A program made the translations under genes and the position numbers. A stretch of DNA of 59,644 nucleotides, the filler included, from Catajapyx aquilonaris (lineage: Eukaryota): NCBI GenBank assembly GCA_000934665.2. It is 2 parts of 2 records of this genome, joined end to end, with 100 filler letters (N's around TTAATTAATTAA, not from the genome) between each part and the next. Parts side by side here need not be neighbours in the genome. Positions count along the whole stretch, not along the records: positions 29,977 to 59,644 come from KZ539210.1; 1 more part is not named here. One strand, written 5' to 3'. Position 1 is the stretch's first letter, and each line of letters begins with the position of its first letter. Below the pieces are notes generated by a model. The model saw nothing but the letters and a program-made list of their open reading frames with translations, was not told the origin of the DNA and searched no databases. Below are positions 36,493-50,108 of the stretch, one piece after another.

Positions 36493-39400
36493 GAACACTG
36501 CCAGCTGGGTCAGTCACTGTGCAAAGGCAGTCAATAAATTAGAAGCTAATTGTTAATTTAAAAAAATTATACATTGTCGTTGTTATACATCTAGCAGGTA
36601 GCATGTTTCGGATCTATCATCTGCATGAACAAACATTTCTTTCCCCGTGTCCCCTAAGGGCATATACGTACCCACACGCCCGTCGAAAATGGTTGAAGGA
36701 AATTTTAAGAGGAAATTTGGCAAGGTGATTCCCCTGGTGACATCACTGCTGAAGGTCGTGTATTTTCAAAACACGCGAAAGCCGTAAGAAAAATCAGAAT
36801 TTATTTACAGAATGCACGCAAGGATATGCACCGCTGAAATTACTCGGCGTAAACCGGTTTTTGTGGTTATAACAATATTTTATTGCATAGTTACATAATT
36901 ATTCGATTGTCACGCCTGACTGCCGTCGAGTGTCACTGTCCTCGTTTCGGAAACTGAAATGTGAAATTAATGCTTTTTATTTACAGCTGTTTTGCAAATA
37001 AACAGAAATGAGCAAGAGCCTCATTATTACCATATTCTTTGCCATATTCATTATTTCGTAAAATAATGGCCCGTTTCTCCCCCTAAATGGGCTAAATAAA
37101 TCCCTCATAAAGATGACCGCACCTGGCCTTCAAATGACCCGTCCTGTCCTCTTGCCTCACACCTCAATTAGCATGTTCAAGGAATATCGCAACGGAAAAG
37201 TGACGCGCGAGAGCATTTCGCAACGAACATTTAGAAGGAAGCTCTGCCCTCTGGCCCTTCTAAAATAAGACACTCTCTTTCCTGTACAGTAAGCATGCGC
37301 TTTTGTTCCTTTAACACACCTTCATCACTCTGACGTCAGACTCGGCTCCAACAAAAAATAAAAAGCTCAATACACTCTCCTTTTTTTATTATCTTCATCA
37401 TCGTCCCCCACCCCCTACCATCCCATCCCCTCCAACCCCCACCTTCTGGCTTCTTTCACTTTCTCTCCTCGGTCTGGTCCAAAGAGGCCAGTTCACCTGT
37501 TGGTTGCCACGGAGTAACAGCGCTGGTTGAGAGTCTTGGGAGATTTACTTCACATACACAGTAAGTAGGCCTTCAATTTCATATGGGACACGATTCGAGC
37601 CGGTTCATTGTAACATATAGTTACCTCCCCGGTTACCTCAAATCGCATGCCAGTTTATCCCTTATATTTATTGCTGACTCGTTTAAACTGGTTGGTGTGG
37701 GTTATTCTGGCATTTTCTGTTGGTTGAACCGAGCACTTGTGCAGTACATCTTACTCGTATTCATTATTTCAAGGTAGAAAATGCAGCCTAATAATAATTA
37801 TGTTACGTCGTGAGAGAAAGGGCAAATAGTAACGGGTTTTCACTCTTTTCAGAGCATTTCCCACAGCAACGAAACCTGGTATTTAAAATCTCGCTTTTGC
37901 GGGTGCAGTTACTCCAAGCCTATAATTGCACGACATTAAAACGATTAAACCAATATTATGATAAGCCTTCACCGACATTATTTCGAATGTTTAACGGGTG
38001 TAGTAAATCCAGATTGTTGCGCGGAGTTCGGTTCATTCTCACTGCTGGATTAAATTTTACCCATTGTTGCATTATTCAAGGCTGCAACAAAGCATCCTGC
38101 AATGGGTGGAAACAGCACCATTAAAGACACAGCAAGTCCTTCTTCCGGCCAGAGCTAGAGCCAGCAGCATATTATATTGAAAGCGGGCCAGAGCAGTAAA
38201 ATAATTGAAGTTTAAACATAAACTTTCAGTTGCACTTTAAAAAAATGATAATCCGTATTGCCACTTTGCACGGAAAATTACACTTGGTATTTGGAGCTTG
38301 CACTGCATACACTCGACGCGGTTTCTGCACATGATGATCTTTACACTGATAAGTGCACCTAGCTGTGCTCGGGGGGGCTTCATTATCAGAAGTGCATGAA
38401 GATGAAAGGGGGCAATTACACGGACGCTGAAACATATCTTATCCGGTTTCAAGCAGGTTCTTGTGGTAATACAGTTTCTATGCATAACTTCTCTCCTTAC
38501 ACCCTTTCTTTCTTTCTTTCTTTCTTTCTTTGTGATTTGACGATGTGATTGTTGGTCGACCCAAGTGGCATTGCCACAGACCGACCAAGAACATAAATAA
38601 ACAAGCCTGAAACGAAAAACAGTCATTGAAAGGAACAGCGCATGCAAAAGTAATTGCATAGTGCCAACAAATCACCATGGCATTCGGAATAGTGTTTTGG
38701 ATGACAGTGCATATTACGACAGGAAAATAAGGTCTGGAAAAACTGCAGTTATAGTTACGAATTACTTATTACAGGATGATGCTTTCACTTATTTTCACAA
38801 TTCAAGGCATAAAGTACCTTCCTCTGTATCATTAAATATTTCGATCTTGCGCAACATGTTTAGCAAATTCTTACGCTGTGTTATAATCTACAGCAATTGG
38901 TTAGGTAAAAGCACAGTCGCAACATCACATGTCTCATAACTTCACCTGGCACCAATAGATTAATATTTGCCTTTGAAGAACATTAACGTACTGTACTCAC
39001 TATACGATATATATGGTACCATTTCAAAATGCCACGGATATTAAATCATGTTAGTTTGGAAAGGTGCCAAGGCGTCATGCCCCTACACTATATGATTTTT
39101 AATGTGTAATATTTCTCAAAAACAAAACTTACATGGCACTAACGCAATCATGAAAACATGAATATTCCGCTCAGGTGGGGAGGGGGAGGGTGATACATTT
39201 TAACCTCCCTCTCCAACTTTAATATTATTTTCATTTTTCGAAAAGTTTTTCCCTCGTGAGGGCATCATCATTGCACATTGGGTTGACTCACATTTTTCTC
39301 GTTGGGAATTTTTGCACCTACAGGCCATTCTTTTGCGAATCTNNNNNNNNNNNNNNCCCCCCCCAGCTTGACCCTCGAACATGCCAATCGTAGAAGAAAT

Positions 39401-40636
39401 TGCGTGCATCGAGAGAACAAGGCCGAATTGAATAATAATAAATAAGGGCTACCGGGTGTTTCACGATGGGTAGTCCCACCAAAGAATTGACTATACCGCA
39501 TAGTTTTAATGAGTTGTGCTTACAACAATGAGCTTTGAGGTTAGAAGACTTGGAAAGCAACATAAGTGCAGCAATCCAGACCATTTATGAGGATATGCTG
39601 CGGAGGATATTCGATAATATATTGTGACCTGCTTATCGCACCACCTTATATAAATTGCAAAAAACACTTAAAGCATGACGCGATATTATGTCAATCCACA
39701 CTGGCCTGTAATAGAAAAGTGGGACTTGCAGCTTTATAAACAAACAAAAAATCATCAGAAGCACTAAATAAATAATGAAAGAGGCCTTCTTTTGAAGGAC
39801 TTCCAATTTTCCTCTCCCCATCACCTCTCCTGACGTACGGTGTATAGAGATCTGAGAACTTCCTCAAGAACATTGAAACGGGGTGCTTTTTATACATAAA
39901 TACGATATAACGTACAGATAGTTGTATAAAGGCAGGCCTGTGCAGTGACGCACAGGCTTAACTATAGCTAAACAGGCAATCATGCAAATTGAAGTTAAGA
40001 ATGCTACCGTAATTACGTATATGCTCTGAATTTATTGCTAGTGGAGACTAGAAACTCCTTTATGATGTAAGACGTGAGACCTCAGCAGCACTTTATTAAA
40101 TCAGTTCGTCATGATAACTTTGCCCCTTTGATTAGGAATATATAGCTACTCTATACTCTTGAAACACCTACAGTAAATTGTACTGTGTCATAGGGACGTG
40201 AAGACGACCAGCATGTACTGTAGGCCACTCTTGAGCCCTGTTGTATTAGCTCAAGTGAAAGGGAAAATTTTTGTTTTGTAAATAGGGATTCCTAAAACAT
40301 GGTGGAAATTTCAGGCGACTCAGGGGCCCTTACAATGGTTACATCTGCATTTTATCAAATGTGTCACGTGTCCGAGAATTTAAATGATTTTATACAGTAT
40401 ATATGTGACGCCTCTCACTAAAATGGCGTATTTAACTTGACTTCAGCAGTTAGCAGAACAAAATGGTTAAATTGTTGTATAGTCAACAGAAAGCACGTTA
40501 TAGCTTGCAATATACGGTACATTACAATATATATTTTACAATAAATTATTTCTTACGCTCCACTAGACCTGTGATGAACTGTTTGAAAAATAAAGCAAAA
40601 ACACATGTTTTTCCTCCATTTTTATGATGGAGGTTG

Positions 40637-40640
<4 letters not shown>

Positions 40641-40677
<37 letters not shown>
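40641..40677. repeat. (CT)n microsatellite
   Basis: Uninterrupted CT run. Confidence 0.95.
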
Positions 40678-40680
<3 letters not shown>

Positions 40681-41402
40681 TGTGGGGGGGGNTGTGGGGG
40701 GGGGCGGTGTAGGGGGGGAGAGAAACATGGCGACAAGTTCATTTTTTCAACTTCTTATCATGCTTACCAAATTCCCACAAACATATCAAATTAACAGAAA
40801 TACTGTATTAGCGCTTAAAGGTAAAGCGTATGATGCTTCGGCATTAACGTGAAAGTCACTGTATTTTACATGCACTTGTAAAAAACACAACAAGGTCATG
40901 GTGATTCCCCGACACGTTATAACGCACAATGGAAGAAGTTTTGTGGGCTTGTAATCGTACTACTATTCCCGACTATTCCCTTCTCCTGTCCTTCACCGTG
41001 TATGTCCGTGTTGACTAGTCGCCTGTATGGGTATAGTAGTTACCGCTGTTTTCACTTTCCCCTTTCAACAATAATTGGAGGAAATGTAGCGGTCAGAGAG
41101 GGTGGGATCCACGTCAATGGAGGCGAAACACGTGCATGGTTATAGCATCACCAATCACTCATCACCAACGTGCGTGTAGTACTACAGTACTTTCCATATA
41201 AGCATGGCAGTAGTGTGCAGAGGGAGAGCATATGCGCCAACTGGTAGGGGCCTATCGTACTACGTCCAAGTTGGGGGGTGGGCAATAAAAGCAGTATTGC
41301 CAAAATTTGGCAACGAGTCCGCTCTATATAGTCTAGGCCGGTCTAGGCAGAAAACATACCACGTGATCAGAATCCTGTTTTGTTTCAGAGATTGTCCAAA
41401 AG

Positions 41403-43406
41403 ATGGGAGACAAAATCTGCGACAGAGACGCTTTCTTGGCGCTGACCTCCGAGGTCATCCAGAATCTCACCACCTCTGCAGGTGACCCCGGGTTACACGA
41501 CTTTGACACCTGGTACAAAAAGGTTGCTGAGACATTTTCATTCCTATTTGCCTATACTTGCTGCACTTACAAGTAGGAAGTCGCTCTTTATGCCCCTTTC
41601 TCAATGCAGGTGCTGGACTACAACCTTCTAGGAGGGAAGCTGACCCGAGGCACGATGGTGGCCAAGTCGTTTTCCATCCTGGCAGAGAAGGAGGATGTCA
41701 CAGAAGAGAACGTCAGGTTGGCTCACCTCATGGGATGGTGCATAGAGCTGGTGAGTCCATTTTACACATGTTGGGAATGGGAAGTGTGATCTGTGCTTTG
41801 GATCTACAAAGTGGTGTTTTTATGCCCACGTTGTAGACGATCAGGAAGGGGGGGAGAGTTGATGGCTTATTCACTCCTGGTGATGTGGTGATGTAAACAA
41901 AGTCGTCGGAATGCCATAAAGATCAAGGAAATATACCCAACCATTTAACTCTGGTGGAAATATTTTATGCCACATTTTTCTGTTTCTCCACAGTTGCAGG
42001 CGTTCTTTCTGGTGGCGGACGACATGATGGACAATTCCAAGACCAGAAGGGGTCACCCTTGCTGGTACCTGACCAACGGGTTGAGGTCAAAGGCCTTCAA
42101 CGACGCCTTGCTCATGGAAATGAGTGTCTTTTATATCCTCAGGAAATACCATCACGACCAGCCATACTACTTGAAGTGCGTCAATCTTTTTAACGAGGTA
42201 AGAGCATCATTCAGGGAAACGCGTTTGGCACATTGAAACCTCACCTCAATATAGGCTATTGTTGCCTTCCTGGCATCAGGGACAAGAGAATCAAGAATCC
42301 TATGTTGCCTCTCTATTCTGTCCTACGAATATAATCTCTAGAATCTGTTCTTGCGCCACACGTGCAAAATAATACCCCGTTCCTTTTCAGGTTGTTTTTA
42401 ACACGGAGAAGGGTCAGTCCCTTGACCTCCTGACCTCATCCGGAAGCAGGCCCCGGTTCGACCTGTTCACAGAAGAGAGATACGCAACTATAGTCAAGTA
42501 CAAGACTTCCTACTACTCCTTCTACCTCCCCGTGGGACTAGCAATGTTCATGGTGAGTCCGAGTGAGTTGCGCAATTATAGTAGGCCTATGTATATAGTA
42601 TGTAAGTACATGTCACGTGCATAAAAAGGTACCGGTAGGCCTAAGGTACAGTATAAATTATTGTGGTAGGTTGGCTGCAATAAGGAATTCATTTCCCCAT
42701 TCTCAGCACCCTTGAAACGTTATTCTGCGGCATGTGTTGTTACGTCATTATGTATATGCTCAGTGTGCAAAGATTTTTTAAAACTAGTTTCTCAACTGCT
42801 TTTTGCGCATTTCAAAGATTTTATACGTGGTAACTTGAGTTCTTCCATTGTTAACCACAGGCTGGCATGTCTGACGAAAAAAGTCACTCTGAGGCGGAAG
42901 GAGTCCTCTTGAAGATCGGTCACCTCTTCCAAGTCCAGGACGACTACCTGGACTGCTTCGGCGACCCAGAGGTCATTGGGAAGGTGGGGACGGACATCGA
43001 GGAGGGGAAGTGCTCCTGGCTGGTGGTCACCGCACTCAAGCACGCCTCCAAAAAGCAGAGGATGGTTCTCGAGGTATGAAGAGGGAACCCAAATTTTTAT
43101 TGACAATATTGTTAGTTGACAATGTCCTCTTGAAAACTTCATCTTCAGCGACGGTTACTGCAGGATGTTTTCCAACTTTGTTTTTTGTCTCTTTCATGAT
43201 CGTAGGAGTACTACGCATCAGAGGACCCAGAACACGTGTCCAGAGTGAAGAGCCTCTACAGGGACCTCCGCCTCGAGGAGCTGTACAGGGAGTTCGAAGA
43301 AAATTCGAGGAACTCTATCATGCACGACATAGGCAGCATGAAGAACAAGCGCATGCAATCTCTCTGCACTGCTTTTCTCAACAAAATCCTGGACAGGAAG
43401 CGATGA
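41403..43406 (+). CDS. FPPS: Farnesyl pyrophosphate synthase, multi-exon (an upstream exon is possible)
   Basis: [30 protein letters not shown] (FARM), [34 protein letters not shown] (SARM), [14 protein letters not shown]. Confidence 0.95.
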
Positions 43407-44330
43407 ACAGCTTCGCACCCCGATTGCATGAGACTGCGTTCTAGTTCAGGTCATGATGCACAAAGATATGTTGTTAAAATAGTTATTTTTTGAGGTGTAA
43501 GAATGTACTGTAAAAGCGCGTTAATAATAAGCACAAAATAATGTGACGGTCAGTACTTCTTTCAAAAGAAAACCCGTGCTTTTTTTTAAAAAAAACTTCA
43601 TATGCAGTTAAATCTACAGGGTGTTATTATAACATGTATGAGCCTTATAAGTAGCGGGTATAGTTCTAGTAGCAGCATCGTTAGCCACACTTCCATGGTT
43701 GCATGATCAGTTTCCCAATCGCCTGCAAATCTCTGGAAAAGAGCGATTCGCATATCATAAAATCACCACTCCAATCAGCAATGCTTCACCTTTTATCTTC
43801 AGCTCAACATAGAGTAGGAAAAATGGGAATAAATTAATAAGTTTGAAAAGTCACATATATTATGTAAAAGGATGGCGTCAAACCAATCGGATAAGATACA
43901 TTGGGCTGCGCCTTCCTGGTTTATGTAAAAAGAGTTATATCCACTTCATGTAGACCTTGGGATGATGCACCAGGGGTCCAAGGCAAAAGGAAGTACAGTA
44001 CTGTACAGGGAATATACGTAGTTGAAAGCTTTTGGAATGGGTCAACTCAATGACGTCCATGAATGATTCACTGATGTGGTGGAGTTTTAAAAGCTTCTCT
44101 AACGCTACCGACTTCTGGACGGACAGCCTTACTTGCTATTTATTTCCGCTCATATTAATAAACCAACCAAATTCAACTTGCTCAAGCGACAGGAACGTCC
44201 AAATCACAGCTCTACTAAAGTTTACGACACTGACAAGCTTTTCAGGAAAAATGCATTATATACCACGATTGCAATTTTGATCAATTTTATTGCGACCAAA
44301 AGTTGCCGTTGCTGTACCTTACCATGTTAA

Positions 44331-46873
44331 TTAGACTTGGAGAGCTCGAATCGTTGCTACAGCCTGGATTTGACGACGCTGACGTTCCCTGTAACATTTG
44401 TTGCAATGAGCAGGATTATTCCGTTCCCAATAGTACAACCATCGGTGGTGTAACTTGCCATTGTTCCTGTCCAGACACTCCTTGACTAGCTGTGTGGCGT
44501 CTCCAGCACAACCCCAGCACAAGGTGATTCCAGCCCCTCCGTGTCCGTGGTTGTGCACCACCTTCAAGAACCAAAGCAATGTCACAGCAGTGAACGTCGT
44601 TGCAGTTGGAAATCAGCGATAACGACCCAACGACTCCCGTGTGAACCCTGCCCATTCCCACCTGCATTGTTCTTCCGGAAGGAAACTTGACGAGTTCTTT
44701 TTCTAATCTGACTTTGGTCCGACCAGGCCTCAGACCCACTCGGTGCTCCAGTATTTCTGCATCCTGCAACAGAAATTGAGCGTCAACGTGGCTCTAAGAA
44801 AACGGGAACAACGAGGTGTCGTTGCCAAACGTGACCTTGAGCGAAGGAACCAGCCTGCAGCATCCTTTCCAGATGAAGTCTTTGTCTTTCTCGTACGGAT
44901 CAGTGCACCAGTCTCCTTCCTGGTGGGTTCCTCCCAGGACAACCCAATTCTGACTACATGGAAAAAAGAATTTATTGGTTTCCCCTCTGTTCAAACATCA
45001 GACCAAAAAAGACGCTTACTTTGGAATGACGTAGTTTCCGGTGTCGCTGGCATCCATGACGCAACGATCAATCCACGGGGCTTTCACCTGAAAATTTATT
45101 CCACGTGTGTAATCTTTTGCCAACTCTCAGGATGCGTGCTTAACTCTGATTGTGAAAGAAAAAAAACAGTTTGCAAGCATTGCAAGACCTTTCTGATTAA
45201 ATAACTTCATGTTTGTTGTCAGTTTTGAGACGTTTCAGACGTTCATGCGGTGAATATATTTTAATGGGATCTCTGAAGCGTCTTCTTCCGAGGCATTTTT
45301 TTCCGAAAAAGGGCAGAGTAAGCTGCGTCCTAATGGCAATTAAATTCTCTGTTTCACATCAAATTGACCTTCATCCCAGGCAAACGGATAAAATATTTCA
45401 AAATCGACTTTTTTTTTGCTCGCTGCTTGCTCAAATAAAATATGAATAATTTGCTGCAGAGAGTTGAAATTTCTAAAAGAGTCGAAGTTTTGCAACACCC
45501 TATGCCAGCTAGAATGTGCACACATCAGTATTCTGCTAGCTTCATTATGGCAGATCGTAAAGATTACTGATTTTCACAATTTCGTGCACATGCCTACCGT
45601 CCTTTACCCACAACATGACAATTTTTCTCACAAGAGTAATTTCGACAATTTTATAGAGTGATTGGAGGCTTATTACGTCGACTGGAATCCTTGAGCATTC
45701 ATTTCATATCTAGACTTATAGGGAAGGTCTCACGATGATGACGACGATGATGATGACTGCATGGAGTCTTACCCGCATGACCTGTCCTCGTATTGGGTAG
45801 CAGGCCTTGTCCCCAAGTAGATTGAAGGCCTCCAGTCCCGGAGCCAAGACCACTACCTGGAACCCTCCTTCCAGCAGTTCCTCCAGACGGGACACCTTCC
45901 TGGACAGGAAGTGTCCTCCCCCGGAAACGAACATGTCCATCAGGTACGGAAGGAACTTGCACCCTTCGCAGGTGAAGGTGGTGTACTCGTACCCTTCGGC
46001 GAACCTGTCCCCCAACCTCCTCAGCTCCTCTGGACCCATGGCCTTGAACCCGTACACGGCGTCCTTCCAGGGAGGAGGACCCGTTCTCTGGTCGAACAGG
46101 AGGACGCATGGAACCATGGAAACCCCTGCTTTGGGACCATCTTCGGACAGCCAAAGACTGTGCAGGAACGAGTGTGTCTCGGACGACCAGTACCTGAATG
46201 GACATCATCAGTGTCACACAAAAATTGTACGCATAAAAATCAGACTGCGACTCTTTGATTGTTCTTCATTATTTTCAGGCATTCATGCTTAGTGACCGAT
46301 TTTTGAACTTTCAACTTTGCCCCATAAAACCAGTGAAAGTTAAGTAACCATCAGTTTTTGCTCATTTTCTCTAAAAAGTCACTACTTTGTTGTAAATTAA
46401 TGTCACAATTATTGTTAATCACGTCACTTGGGAAGTCTGAGAGGGAAAAGTCTCATGATCTTGTGTGTTTTAAACATGCTGACGCAATTTGTACTGTGGG
46501 TTGCATGTTGTTACGTGACTGGCACATGTAGACGAAGCACAGAGAACGTGTTACGTTATTATTAATTATCCTTTGAGCATATTATTACAGACTCTGCTTA
46601 AAGATGACAACATCTTTTCCCGCACAAACATCTTCCCATCCTCTATCGCACTCTTTTTCCTTACGTAATTTTCCCAGGGTCGTTTTCCTCTCCGAGATAG
46701 ACCGGCCCCCATATCCCCGCAGCGACGTCGGTGGTCGTGTATGGCGAGACAGAGTCTGCGATTAGGGTCACATGCACTCCGGGTATCTCTCTCTGGATGC
46801 ACACCGCGGTGCACAGTCCGGCCACACCTGCTCCAAGCACCGCCACTCGAACCCCGGTGCTGGAGGACCCCAT
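44331..46873 (-). CDS. D-aspartate / D-amino-acid oxidase family, multi-exon
   Basis: [14 protein letters not shown] motif, [51 protein letters not shown]. The C-terminal end is uncertain. Confidence 0.9.
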
Positions 46874-47416
46874 CTTTCTCACTCAGTCACTGAGGAGACA
46901 ATGTGAGCTGGCCAGATAGGCAGGCCTGATAAAAGAGGAGAGCCTGGACCTCGACCTTGGCACTTGCCGGCTGATGATAACGCAAGGGACGAACGTTAAA
47001 GGGATGAAAAACTCTTCAGATTGCAATAAAAGGTATTCACTGTCGACCCACACAATGCATGTCATTATTTGGGAAAAAGCGGCATTTAAAATTTGAAATT
47101 AGGCTGAGCGTTTTGCACTGACCCAAGATTTCGCAAATACAGTAGGCCTACACAGACATCGGAAAAACCTCACTTCCATAAGTCTCCAAAAACGATACCA
47201 GTTCATGGGAAAACCACCATTCACGGAAAAGTAATTTCGCAAGCATTAGTATGATTGGAGCAATAAGGTCGCTTCATAAGAGCCTTCCGTTCTATACTTG
47301 CCAATGTAAAAAAAAAACCCAACGAGATATACGTAAGTGCATCTAAACGTCTGAAAGGTCACCAATGCCCACGCACATATATTGCTGGCAGCAATCCATC
47401 TGCATCACTGCCAAAG

Positions 47417-50108
47417 ATGAATCTCTTCAGTACGGAATGCGTCTTGCTGTTGTTGGCTCTAGGCTGCAACAATGATGCCCTGGCTGATGGAAACACAGTG
47501 GCTGAAAACATTCCCTACAGCAAAAATCCGGATGCAAACCGGGTGCCGGAAGAAACGCTGAATTTTATTGTCAGCGCGGTGATCAAATCAGTGGAACCGG
47601 TGCTGGCACAGGCTGCTGCTAACATCGTTTCAACTGTCGGTGAGTATACATATAATGCAGACACACTTTGTCACTTCAAGCATAGCACATCATAAAAGAC
47701 TTATTATTCAAGAGCAAAAGATGAAGGAAAACAACGAGGTAATTGCGAGACGGCTGGCATCAGACGCCGACAGGAGGCTGCAGGAAAAGCTGTCACCTCT
47801 GATCGGAACCATAGATCAGGCTCATGCTCGACTCACGCAACAAGTGGAGGCAAGTTCATTCTCAAATTGATACACAAAGAATAATATGCCAGTACGATTC
47901 TATTTCCAGTCTGACCATTCATCTATCTTGCCAGTTTATTATCATGCACTTGCTAACCTCAATTCTTATCTGAAGGGCCAGGAGCACAGAACTCGGTGTA
48001 TGATAGTCTACTTATGGTTTCAGAATGCAAGAAAAGAGGCACAGAATGCAGCGGATAAGATCTCGAGCAGCCTTGAATTGGCTCAGGGTGCCATCATCAA
48101 AGTCAGCAATCAAGCAGCGATCCTGGAAACGGAGGTACGCAAAGTCATAAGCCGCTTCGAGAAACTAGAAGGCGACTTGCCCCGAATCATTGGGGATGTG
48201 GTGAGTCGCAGGTGTGCCAGCGACAGTTGGAAGCAAGCCTCGGACGCTTCTGCGAACAGGTTGGTCCACAGTGATCACAATAAGGTGTGTAGAGTCATGC
48301 CTTTTTTATCTGTTGTTCTTCCAGGGTTATAGCCGCATGCGTAGATGGCCAAAAGCGCTTGTCTAGAGAAGTTGCGTCTGCTGCCGCGAACATAGACTCG
48401 GCAGCGGAACAGTGCCAGCGACTAGAGACGACCGTCGCAACATGCAAGACCGACTTGGAGGTTTTTATCTGCAATTTTAGTCGTATTAGTTAAACATAAT
48501 GAAGCCGTACGTACGTTGCAGGATACGGAGACCAGGATCAAGAAGGAGATTCAAGCAGCGGCTAAGGCGGTGAATGATGCTCGAACGGCGATTAGTGACA
48601 AGGTGGACAATGCAGTTACCTCTTCCTCCAGCTTTCAGGATCACATCAATGCTCTGATCAAAGGTGACTCATCAGAAAGCTTGACAATATCAATTAAAGG
48701 ATCTACAAGAACTTATTAGTGTGACACACACTGCCTTGGTGCACCATGCCGTATCATGATTATAATTAGCGGTTTTTTTGGTCTTACTATTAGAGGTAAA
48801 CATTATTTTTATTTCGCTGAAAAGCTTTCTGCTCTTCTAAAAGCTGAAACGGTAACTTCAGGTATTAAGCCATTTTCAAGCGATTTCAAGGCTCCTTTTT
48901 TTCTCACACAAGTAGTAACTGCGCATTGCATTAACCTGCACGCGCCTTTATTACTTTCATAACATTCGTACAATTTTGACGGAAAGGACGGCAGATTCAC
49001 AGAGAAAAATGTACAGGCACATTTTTTGGGTAACTCGGAAACATGTTTTACGCGTATTATATCAGCTGCACTTTATGCTACAGTACTGGTATATTCTGAT
49101 ACCACAACTGAATTTGCCAGGTCCCCGTTGTCGGCGATTTCCACTTAATATTTTTTGAAGTTAGTGTTCTACCGGAAAACTCAGGTAGCCTCGTTTGATA
49201 ATGACAGATTCAGATGCAGATCGACATGGCCACACTTGCGGTGCAATAATGGCATGCATGTCCCACAATTCGCTAATTAACTATACACTTTTCAGATTAC
49301 TGCAACTATGTGAAGCCAACGTTTCCTTCCAACTGCGCCCAGCTGAAGAGGCTGGGTAACAGAGCCAGCGGTGTTTACACGGTCAGAGTGGCTTCGGTGG
49401 AGATGGCGGTATGTATATGGGGACCACGTATAATAATGCGAAGGCGGAGTGTGACGGACCTGATTCTCTTTCAGGTGTACTGCGACATGGAGACGGCCGG
49501 AGGAGGATGGACGGTGGTCCAGAGACGAGACGACCTCACTCCTCGGCTGGACTTCTTCCTGGGCTGGAAGGACTACAAGAAAGGCTTCGGAGAGATGAAC
49601 GGAGAGTTCTGGCTAGGTATAACACGTTGCTGTAGGTCCCGGGTATAACATATTAGATGAATACCGTTGCATTGTGGTTGCAGGACTGGAAGGAATCCAT
49701 CTCCTGACTGCGGATCAGCCGATGAGCCTGCGGGTGGACCTGGAGGACTTCGAAGGCAGCGTGAGACACGCCACGTTCACCAGGTTCTACGTTTCGGACG
49801 AGCGAGACAAGTACAGGCTGCAGGTCGAAGGTTACGGAGGAGACGCCGGAGACTCACTGACCATCCACGCCGGGATGGCTTTCTCGACCAAGGACGTGGA
49901 CAACGACCGGAACCCTGGAAACTGCGCCCGGATCTTCTCAGGGGCCTGGTGGTACAACACATGCCACCAGTCCAATCTGAACGGGCAGTACCTCAAGGGC
50001 TCCCACGGGTCATACGCAAACGGGGTTAACTGGATGACCTGGAGAGGGCAGCACTACTCTCTCAAGAAGGCGGAGATCAAAATCAGACCCATAGACTATA
50101 CTAGTTAA
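47417..50108 (+). CDS. Secreted fibrinogen-related protein 3 with long coiled-coil N-terminus
   Basis: Signal peptide, Ala-rich helical exons, then [59 protein letters not shown]. Confidence 0.9.

Noticed and set aside
1..43406. Juvenoid or terpenoid biosynthetic cluster (P450s, OBP-like carriers and FPPS)
   Set aside because: FPPS lies across an artificial linker, the P450s cannot be assigned to CYP15 by eye, and unrelated genes intervene.
41403..43406. FPPS-derived terpene synthase
   Set aside because: FARM (FF..DDMMD), the RRG loop, SARM and the basic C-terminus are canonical for FPPS.
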